Below, piece after piece: positions 1 through 9,375 of a DNA stretch of 64,000 bases. Positions within the stretch are counted from its first letter, which is position 1; each line of letters starts with the position of its first letter. The notes beneath the pieces are model-generated. The model was not told the origin of the DNA and ran no database searches. It saw nothing but the letters and a program-made list of their open reading frames with translations. Source of the DNA: Marsupella aquatica (lineage: Eukaryota > Plantae > Marchantiophyta); the NCBI GenBank assembly GCA_973895155.1, contig OZ316895.1, positions 15,382,816 through 15,446,815 of the forward strand. The letters are read 5' to 3'. Made by a program: the position numbers and the translations under genes.

Positions 1-3000
1 AGATTGAGGAGCTTACGGAGAGGATGAAGGTAATCCTTGGGTTCCATACCTCGATGCAAAAATGAGGACAACTAGCGTATATTCAAATACATTTACCCTC
101 ACAATGTAAAACAGCGGTGAATCTGTGATTTTGTTTGCACAATGGTCAAGATGACGATTTTTGAGTCTCTTACGTCTAATGACGCTTCAGTCTCAGAAGA
201 ACAACTCAAGTTGTTGGAGATAATTTTTATCCCATCCATCTGAATTTGAGAACAAGACTGTTGCATTAACTGCTGTGATAGGCAGAGGAGGATGAAAAAG
301 CGAGGTTGCTAGATGAGAAAACGGCAATAGAGGAACAGAAATCTCGTCTTGAAGAAGATGTCAGGCATCAGACTCGTGAATTCAAACGCAGCAAGCAGGT
401 TATGGACAAGCAACTGCAGGAGCTGGCACTAAGCATCCAGCAGAAAGAGGAGCTTATCCAGGAACTTGCCAGGAACGAAGCAGAAGCCAAGCATCTGACT
501 CAACAGTATGAAAGCCGAATGCTTGAGCTTGAAGCTGAGGTCACCTTCTTTCCTTGCTCATCGAGCCACCAGTTCCCGGATAAAACTTACAAGTTTGCGA
601 TTACACAGCCGCTCTGATAGTTGCAAATTATCCTGAGTATACCTAGTTTAACCTCAACAGCCGTTGCCTGCTAGTTTGTGTAGTTGATGTGTTGCTCGAT
701 GAGAACATACTAAGAGATATTATGCTGCAGATGAGACGAAAAGAAGACGAAGTGGAAGCTTTGAAAAAAGAATTGGAAGCAATTGACAGGAATGCTGCTA
801 AGGGAGCTGAGGAGAAAAAGCGGTTACGTGAGCAGTACGAGGAAAAAGTGAAGAGAATAACGGGACAGTTGATAGCATTGAAAAGACAACGTTGGGAGCA
901 AGAATCCCAACGCCTTGAGAGGCAAAAAGCAAAGTCTGATGTGAAAGTGAGTGATACATGCATTTAACCTTGCCGTCATTAGAGAGTATGCTGGCTTGAA
1001 TATATCACACCCCAACTGGTCCAACCTTTGCTGACTCGTCGCTGTACACTAGAGGAATTTCCTTTGAGTTGGATTGGAGGAAGACTAATCATTGTGAACT
1101 ATCTGTCCAGTTGCAAAGTCTACAACATGAGATAACAAGAATGCGAGCCCAACAAGACTCTTTGAAGAAAAAGATCAAAGAAACAACGGACAAGTATGAA
1201 GATGAGCATGAACGTGATCTTAAGACTATGGCCGTCCTGAAACGTGAAGCTGAGAATCAGCTCAGGCGAGTGCGTGAGCTTGAGGTGAGTAGTGCTCTGT
1301 TTTTTGTCATAATCTCCTTTCTCATTTATGTCATGTGGTTCTTTGTCATATGAGCCCTCATGCATTAATTCCAATGCTCACAACAGATGGAGAATCAGAA
1401 GCAGCGAATGGTCGTGAGGAGGAAAAATGAGGAGATGGCACTTGCTAACAAGAAGCTGAAGGAGCTTGGAGTCTTGGATGGGGAAGTTTCTACAAAGTTG
1501 AGCAACCGAGAGCGGAGTCTAGCGTATGCTCAATCTCACAAGACAGTTGGACGGCAAAATTCTGCTCCACCAATCCCAGATTCTCACCATTTGGCAAACA
1601 ACGTTGAGAAAACTGTTTCAACTCTGGATGTAGAAATTGGAAAGCTTCTCAAAGTGAGGGAAGCAGTAGCTCTTAAGAATAAGCAGGTACACTCTTATGA
1701 TCGAACAGAGGTCCTACAGTCCTGACAGTCGGTTCTACAGGATGCTCGTTTGATTCCAATTAATGTGCATATCGGTCAGGAAGCTCGAAAGCTAACAATG
1801 GTTACCTGAGCACCGTGAATCCTTTGGAAAAAGAGCCATAACTTTGCCACAGAAATTTTCTGGGATTGTCCCGACCGAACTCTTCAAGTAGATTGGGTAG
1901 CCCTTGACATCTGAACACTCTGTTTTCTTTACTTTTCAAGTATGTTAATATCTGGATTTTGTTTTCTCGCAGGAGGTAAAAAGGGAGGAAATTTTGCTGG
2001 AGAAGGATGAATGTTTGAACGAACGTTCTAAAATGGAACTAAAGCATGCCAGAGCAGTCCATGATATAAGTCAAGAGTTGGAGAGAAAGACCATTTTAAT
2101 CCACGAACTGGAAAAGCAGATGGAGGGACTTCAAGCAAAAGCCGATGAAGCCAAAAATTTGGGCAAAATGGAAGTTGCAGCTGACTTTTTAGGAGAGGTA
2201 TGCTTGTTATCATTATCTCTTCGATAGCTTTTAAGATTTTCTGGAATCTTCTATTGGTTACGACATCCTCCATATATCTGAATATTATGTTACTCAGTCC
2301 AATGTACACATGAAGACTAATGAACCACTTGTAACAGGTGCTGTATGTGAAGGAACAATGTGATCAAGAACGGCAAGCATGTGCATCGCTGGAAGCGAAA
2401 CGCAAACCCCACAAACTTTTGACTCGGGGAGAGGTGTCCTTATATGGAGACCTAGATGAACGCATAGAAGCACTGGATGCGCAGGCAGAGTATATGGCGT
2501 TATCCATTGCGGAACAGGAGAAGAACATACACGACCGTGGAAATACAATGTGAGTTCGAAGGTTTATTAACCGATATTCCAGTAGTTGGTTGCATAGTCT
2601 GTAACAAACCTGAGATGTCACCTAAGAACGACATCATGGGTGAATGCGTGATCTACATATTCAGGCAGTCAAGGCAATGGTCGTTTTGCCATATAGAGAC
2701 ACTAGTTATGGAACTGGGAAACACAGACAAAGAACTGATTTGAGGTTGCAATATCATATAAACATCCGTCATTGGACATAGCAGCTTATCAAGCTGTAGT
2801 CCATGTAATTGATAAGATTTGTAAAGCGTGAAATCCTTCTCGTGATTCATATTGGAAGAGTCCCCCTCCTGCTGTGCTGCAGAGAAGCTGTGCAGTCACA
2901 GCTGGAGTCTCTGGGCTCGGAGGAGACCAAGGTTGTACTGAAAAAATATCTGGAGAAGTTTGTAGAAGTCAAGGACAAGCAAAGGCAGGAAGCGAAACTA

Positions 3001-4697
3001 GTGGCCAATCTTGAGCTACAACTGAAGGAGAAACTTCAGGCTGTTTCTGAAGCTGAAACCAACTCTAGACTAAAAGAAATTGAGTTTGATCGGAGGCAAG
3101 TGTCGTCCCTTCACCTTCTTCCTTAGACGCAATGACCATGATCCGAGAGAATTACCTACCTCTCGATCACTACTTGATAGTGACATATCGTTGGGAAAAC
3201 TAGGCTCTGAGTTTCGTCACTATCAACTCAACTGTTTGCTGGCTAAAACAACTTGTTTGGGATCTTAACTTGTCTTGTGAGAGAATTCGAGAATGTTCCT
3301 ATTTCGGTTGAAAGGTCTATCTAAGGGGTCAACCTTTACTCTGGTGCCACTTTGGATCAGATGGGCGCAGCGCTAAAAATTGAATTGTGACTTTGACATC
3401 TATAGAAGTATGATACATGTTAACTGTGTTTCACAGGTTGACTGAACTTCATACACAGCATGCAAAAGAAGTACAGTATTTGCTTAAGCAAGTTGAGACT
3501 GTGTCTGCTAATCCATCAACGGAAAGGTACGCTAACCTTTAAGAAAGTGCAAAAGCGGAAATGATTGATGTTCGTTTGGGTTTTTAGCATTTGCTTCGAC
3601 TTCTACATTGTACGTCGTCAGCGATAGCCACCTAATTGGACGTATATACCATGAAGTTGTGTGAGTACTGAAAAGTTCAAATGGCTGACGCTGACAGGGT
3701 AAACAATGGCCCAGTATATTTACTACATTTGCCTTTGGTGTCTGGTCTAGAGCATTCTCTAACAATGCCTTCGGCTAAGTCAAACAATTTCAGGGGTCGA
3801 ACAGCGACTTCAACGGAATTTCCGTCTCATGAGAACGAGGATGATAATTTTGGGAGGAAGGATGATCCCAACGAGGTTAAGGCTGCAGCTGCCAATCAGA
3901 AAATTGCGATTCTTCGCCAGGATAACTTTCAGTACAAGCAGACTAATAGTCTACTAAAACGAAAACTTCAAGAGATGATCTCCTCTTGGGAAGCTGAAAA
4001 GAAGGTTCACTTCTCACTGAAGCATGTCCAGCAATATTACTGCAAGTTCTATCCAGGGTAGTCTTAATAAGAGAGGATTAACGTTTCTGTGAATAGCTTG
4101 GGATTCATGTTGACAGCAGATGGAAACTCCATCTATAATACTCAGCCAGTCCGATGCTCATAAAAATGTATAGATAGACTGCAGAGCTTCGGTTTTAACG
4201 AGCGAATCCAAGAATCATCAATTTACTCTCGCGATAATACACAGAAACACATTTCTCGCAAATATTATTGGCAACTACTGTAGGTGTTCTCCAAGGCACA
4301 TTTCATGCTCATTTGAAGTGAGGGTATCCTACCAAAAACAAGAATAAGTAGATGAGAGTACTCTTGTTTGTCCTGACAATACACAGTTTGCCCTTTCCAG
4401 GCATTTGAGAATATGGTTCAAGGTGAGCGGCATTCATGGGAATCAGAGCGCCAGGCATGGGACCATAGGGCTCTATCATATCTTGAGCAGCAAGAGGGCT
4501 TGGAGATTCAGCTTGAACAGCTGGACAGGGATAGACATGCATTGAAGGATGAATTGGAAAACACAAAAGCCTTGCTACACAAGGCAGGCCTCGGCATTCG
4601 CCTGCCAGTACGGAATGTTCGAGAATTGACCGATGGGGATGTAGATCTTCGAAACATATCATCAGTGCCCCCATCCAGAGGACAATCCTCAGATTGA
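1..4697 (+). CDS. 3' part of a multi-exon kinesin-4 family protein (KIF7/KIF27-like coiled-coil stalk and tail); motor domain lies outside the window
   Basis: Frame-consistent exons read from splice sites: <=29, 282-539, 731-946, 1111-1284, 1387-1686, 1973-2197, 2338-2549, 2883-3095, 3437-3526, 3698-4004, 4401-4697. Peptides LQELALSIQQKEELIQEL, LDERIEALDAQAEY and EFDRRLTELHTQHAKEVQYLL resemble the KIF7/KIF27 stalk as I recall it. The last two exons are less certain. Confidence 0.8.
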
Positions 4698-5531
4698 TTT
4701 TCTGTTGCAGCGCAAGTTTCCTCAGCAGTGTCAGAGCAGTACTAAGTTTGAGGTAATCAACCCAAATTTGCCTTGCATTTGGCTTCCATACCTTAAGCAA
4801 GGAGCTTGCTGCCACAATTTTGTTGCCATAGGCCACCTCACTCTGGCGGAGGAGTTCATTGTTGTACATACATTCATACCATCAATAAAATGTATCATAT
4901 TGCCCATGATAGGACTTATCTATCAAGTGGAGACACCAAGAGATGGATACGGCATTAACGTTTCAGTGTATTCTGCAAGCTTGATCTTAGGTTTAAAACT
5001 GAGAGAGTAGTACTCTCGCACTAAGGACGCCAATATAGAATGGATCTTCTCTTCTACGGTCGCGTTTCCAAGCTCACAACTGATAATCTGTCAGAATCTA
5101 CCCCACCCATATAGATTCCAAAGTTCCCGTATCCGAAGTGCGATCAGCTGAAAAGAAGCATGAACACATCTGACAATGACAATCCCAGTCAAACCATATA
5201 CATGACAGGGAATCCAATCCTTCAAGAAAAAGCTATTGTGGGAAAGAATTTATCTTTTATTGATTGCGAGGAAGGAGTGCACACTAATCTCAAAGAACAC
5301 AAGCTTGGCCGTTGAATTCTTTCTGTGTCTCCATAACAATCTAAACTGCTGAGGGAAGTTGCTGAAGGGAGTCTGTTTGCAATGGATCTACACCAAAACT
5401 TCGACACCCAAGGTGCAGAATTCAAGTTGCCTGACATCACCAGCTTGCCCGTCTATCAACTCTCTTTGAAAGGATTCAAAAAATCCGAGTACAGGAAAAG
5501 TGCCCGGGTGAGCATAGGATTATCAACATCC

Positions 5532-6845
5532 TCACTGTTCCCCTGATCCCTGACAACTCTCTTCTGCTGCCCGTTTTCGAACGGGAACAACTTTCATTAG
5601 AGATTTTTTCCAGTCGCCAACCTCCAGGAAGCACAGCAGCAACTCTACAACTTGATTGACGGTCAAGACCTGAGAAGCCATCATCTTCAAGTGATCTCCA
5701 ACAGGGAGTTTCGCTGTAACTATCTTTTGATTCGTAGCTTTGTCCAGAGTTATATTTTTCCAGCGGTTGCGATCTACTAGCCCTCCTATAATGTAAATCT
5801 TTGCATTATCCAGCGACTCCAAAATGTTTTCGGAATCCGCTGTCAAGTAAACAAGATCTGACTGTCGCTCCTTGAAAACTTCCATGTAAGACTCTACCTC
5901 CCTATGGATGAGCCAATTGTTAAACCCTGAAATCTTCTCCAGTTCTTTTCGGACGTCACCTCTCACCCCAGTCAAGCTTATCCTGCCCGGAACAGGAGCT
6001 CTTCCATTTGCAGCGTATGAGTACATCACTTGTTGGATCAAACTGGTAATCTCATTGGGTTTCATTAGTTCACTGAACTCAAGATCAATGACAATATTTT
6101 GGCCTGTCTCAAGCGCTTGCTTGAGCTTCTCCTTTCTGGACAGTTGTTCATCCTTCCGTTCTTTGCGTAAGCTCAGCTTTTCAAATCTTGCTTTTTCCTT
6201 TTCATCCTCAGTCAGGTTTGCAAGTTTCTCCTCCCATTCTCTTCGTTTCCTAGCGGTTTCTTGATGCCTCTTTTCCTTCTCAGCAGCTTTTCTTTGCATT
6301 TTGATGTCCTTATATCTCTCTCTCTTTGCAAGTTGCTTCAAAGCAGACTTTGACAGCTGCTTTGCAACTGGCTCTCCTTGCTCCCGTGCTCTTTCTTCTT
6401 CGTCCCCTTGTTCAAGTTCTGAGGTAGATTGCTGGGGTCCTTGATCGACAGGAATGTCTCCTTTGCCATCCGTCCGATCAACACTTTCTGAAGCTGGAAT
6501 GCCATCCTCACCACTGATAACCTCTTTAGTATCACCAAAACGTGACTGTTCCTTTCCGTTAACCAAAAATTCGTGTGTGTCAACTGCTCTGCCATTTGTT
6601 TCTTCTGGTTTCACATTCTCCATATCTGACACGGGGTGTCGCAAAACGCCACCGTCCAAGCCTGATAGTAGATCCTTTACTTCAATTCTGACGTCCAGTG
6701 ATGCAACATCCTCAACTTGGGCCCCAGTGCCATCAAGATTTATTTCAAGAACTGATGTGTTGCTATGGTCACGTGAACGATGTGCACTCACTTCCTCAAT
6801 CACAGCACCATTCTGGTTGGATTCATTTACTGTTTCGTTCCCCAT
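5532..6845 (-). CDS. TRM10: tRNA (guanine(9)-N1)-methyltransferase, Trm10 SPOUT family; intronless CDS with a long acidic N-terminal extension
   Basis: 437-aa ORF with IVIDLEF, LVYLTADS, YIIGGLVDRNRWK, TAKLP and VLTVNQV motifs, preceded by a basic coiled coil (LSKSALKQLAKRERY). Confidence 0.93.
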   Translation of the reverse strand: MGNETVNESNQNGAVIEEVSAHRSRDHSNTSVLEINLDGTGAQVEDVASLDVRIEVKDLLSGLDGGVLRHPVSDMENVKPEETNGRAVDTHEFLVNGKEQSRFGDTKEVISGEDGIPASESVDRTDGKGDIPVDQGPQQSTSELEQGDEEERAREQGEPVAKQLSKSALKQLAKRERYKDIKMQRKAAEKEKRHQETARKRREWEEKLANLTEDEKEKARFEKLSLRKERKDEQLSRKEKLKQALETGQNIVIDLEFSELMKPNEITSLIQQVMYSYAANGRAPVPGRISLTGVRGDVRKELEKISGFNNWLIHREVESYMEVFKERQSDLVYLTADSENILESLDNAKIYIIGGLVDRNRWKNITLDKATNQKIVTAKLPVGDHLKMMASQVLTVNQVVELLLCFLEVGDWKKSLMKVVPVRKRAAEESCQGSGEQ

Positions 6846-7025
6846 ACCTCTTCTAAAGTCGTCACTAGCCGAGTCAAAGCATACTGTTAAACAGTTTCAG
6901 CCGGGGTACCTACCATGGATCATCTGCGCAAATACGGCTTCTTCAGTATGACTGTGAGCGAATCATACGGCCAATCGCCACACTTTCCGATTGGTCCGTG
7001 ACTTCATCTTTCTGAGAGCCTAGAC

Positions 7026-7911
7026 CTGACAGAGCACAGAGCTGAAACCTCGGCGACAACAATCGACTAGACATGCAACGCCGTTATCAGGAATACCATC
7101 ACGAATCATTTCTAACTCGAATTGCTTGTCTGGTCCTATTCTTCTAAGCCTCGATTCCCATATCATGTAACATTTCCGTTCGAGGACAATGCTCCAAGGC
7201 AAAACAGGATGGACAGTCGGCCAAAGATAACCCCGTCATTCAGTGGATGGCTCCTTACGGAAAGTACGACGGATTTCTAATCTGTCAGCTTCTTGGCTTA
7301 CTGAAAGCCTTCCAAATTTTGTTAGACTACGAACTGGTATGACCTAATACTCATTTTTGGAATCAACAACATTGGACAAGTTTATTCTATGTCCCAGCCC
7401 GACTCGGCATACTCCGGCGATATCTAAAGACGATTACAACCATTGCTATGAAAATTAAGATTCCAGATGGAGCATTTAATCCCAACTAAACATTTACAAC
7501 CAAGGGTAAGAAATTGAAACTTCCAACGGGAATTAACCTTAAAATATAGGACATTGTCACAAAGATGGCGTATATTTCAGTGATCACGTCCACTGCTTAC
7601 TCAACGGAACTTCGTTTCCTTAGATTGAAGATAACTAAATCATGATAACAATGGTAACTTCCACATTCACTCCCAGCATGCAATGGCGTGAAAATTACTG
7701 GATCCAAGCATTTTCTTCCTTAGAACTCCTCTCCCTCTCCACATCGCATTATTCGCTCACGATTCGACCCCTACATGAAAGTAGATCTTGAAAATTGGAA
7801 TCTCAAAAGTCCTGGACGAGAGGCGCTTCATTCCCAAGGAGCAATTGAGCAATTCATTTAAGTCGACGGACAGCAGGATTGAACGGAATCAAGCAAGCAA
7901 GGCGTACATAC
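7026..7911 (-). other. Putative 886-nt intron linking the rpl33 3' end to the TRM10 leader
   Basis: Consensus donor GAG|GTATGT 7 nt after the rpl33 stop; acceptor ctctgtgctctgtcAG|g at 7027-7026, 180 nt upstream of the TRM10 ATG. Confidence 0.55.
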
Positions 7912-7918
7912 CTCCAGC

Positions 7919-8089
7919 TCACTTCATTTTCGCTTCAGTGAAAAGAACATGCCGCTTCACGACGGGGTCGTATTTACGGAACTCCAGCTTGGTGGTCAGC
8001 TTTCTGGGGTTCTTGGAGGTCACGTAGAAGAATCCCGTCCCAGCAGCGGAGACCAGACGCACGAGAATTGCTCCCTTCCCCTTCGCCAT
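7919..8089 (-). CDS. RPL33: Organellar (likely mitochondrial) ribosomal protein L33, 56 aa
   Basis: Translated by hand (below the ORF-track cutoff): [56 protein letters not shown]. Contains the bL33 signature [11 protein letters not shown]...KYDP..KRHVLF.E.K. Confidence 0.95.
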   Translation of the reverse strand: MAKGKGAILVRLVSAAGTGFFYVTSKNPRKLTTKLEFRKYDPVVKRHVLFTEAKMK

Positions 8090-8199
8090 AGCTCCTCTAC
8101 CTGCGACTGATTAGTCGATCGAGCCTCCTGCCTATCCAAACCCTCTCCTCGCTTTGGTTTCCCTTCTCGCAAAACCCTCGTGTTGCTGTCTGTCGTTCC

Positions 8200-8210
8200 T
8201 AACCCTAAAA
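8200..8210. promoter_or_regulatory. Telo-box-like motif upstream of rpl33
   Basis: taaccctaaaa, with further aaaccct copies near 8138 and 8172; the same ctaaccctaaaa occurs near 34759, upstream of the CPL1-like gene. Confidence 0.35.
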
Positions 8211-8499
8211 CATTTACACGTCAGGGTTCTCTTCTGTGCCTGTAACGCAGTAGGGAGCTCACTATTGTGAAACCGTTTTGTACTATCCTATCCTATCCCA
8301 ATTATATTTCTCTATCCCAAAACTAGTTGAAATCATTACACCCGGGAGTTTCGTTACCCCATGAGCAGCGCTTTTTTTAGTGGCAAAAATTAGCCAAATT
8401 CCACTTCCCCAAAAAGCTTTCCACAGTTTTGGCAAAAACTTGCTAGTGTTTTTATGTCGCATTAGCCGGTGTCCCACCTAATCACAGCCCCATTCACCA

Positions 8500-8630
8500 G
8501 AATCTGATGGTCACCTTTAAATCTAGGGAGATCTGACGGTCAGGAAAATAATCAGATAAGGAATATTTAGAGCATCTTCTCCTTCACACACTGAACATTC
8601 CACACTCTGGCGGAAAAGTAGAACCCTTAA
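8500..8630. repeat. Dispersed repeat, diverged second copy at about 49700-49830
   Basis: Shared blocks aatctag...tgacggtca, ttctcctt(t)cacac and aaccct in the same order at both sites. Confidence 0.4.
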
Positions 8631-8955
8631 AAACTATGCTGCCCATGTGTTATCAGTCTAGCTCATCAGTCATTTGTGTGTGTAACTTTCTTACTTTATC
8701 ATAATGCTCTCATCAGTATTTGACAGTGTGTGTGTGTGTAACTTTCTTACTTTATCAAGGCAACTCAACTGGGCTGCCGAGTTGAAAAAGTTACTTGATG
8801 AGGTCAGCCAAGTTCAAATGTACAACTATTGAGAAACCATTGTTTACTATCCTATTCCCCAAACCCATGACATTGTTTACACCTTCCCTCATTGACGCTC
8901 TTCTTATTTCCAAACAGTTTTCAACAACAAAGCTTGACCTTCAATATCTCATTTG

Positions 8956-9063
8956 TGTTTGGTGAAAGTGAATATGGATATCTGTATAGTCTGTATAATG
9001 GTACATATAGTGGTGCTAGGATGACCGGCTGATCCGGTCATCCGGTCAAGGTAGAGTCTAACA
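8956..9063 (-). repeat. 3' LTR of the Bianca-like element
   Basis: Direct repeat of 15711-15818, adjacent to the PPT. Confidence 0.95.
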
Positions 9064-9163
9064 CTCCCCTTTGGATATATAGTGACAACTATATAGACAA
9101 CATAGACTATACCTAAATTATATCATGTTCATAGGGGTACATGATATAAGTACAATCGAGGTA

Positions 9164-9262
9164 GACTGCCTCGTTAAAAAACCTTTATCAACTCTAGCTT
9201 AGTAAAAACTCTACCAGTGTAGCAGAGAAAAATATGAGTGCTAAAGGAAAAAGAGTGCAGCC
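9164..9262 (-). other. Double-ENE-like cis RNA stability element (poly(A)-binding triple helix) in the element 3' UTR
   Basis: Minus strand GGCTGCACTC-TTTTT-CCTTTAGCACTC..TTTTT-CTCTGC-loop-GTAGAG-TTTTT..GAGTTGATAAAGG-TTTTTT-AACGAGGCAGTC: nested stems separated by two U-rich internal loops, matching my recollection of plant TE dENEs. Confidence 0.75.
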
Positions 9263-9375
9263 TAACAGTCCTCGTCGTAATAAATATCAATATAAAATAA
9301 AGTTAGATGCTATAGTAAATCTAGCTTTAACATCTGTTTCATCAGTCGGTCGTCAACAGCATGTCGTCAGCATCA

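Noticed and set aside
4705-5010. Extra kinesin exon after the stop (ttgcag|cgcaag ... gag|gtaatc)
   Set aside because: The acceptor is only 13 nt past the stop, no convincing upstream donor, and the peptide is unrecognisable; cannot be excluded without RNA-seq.
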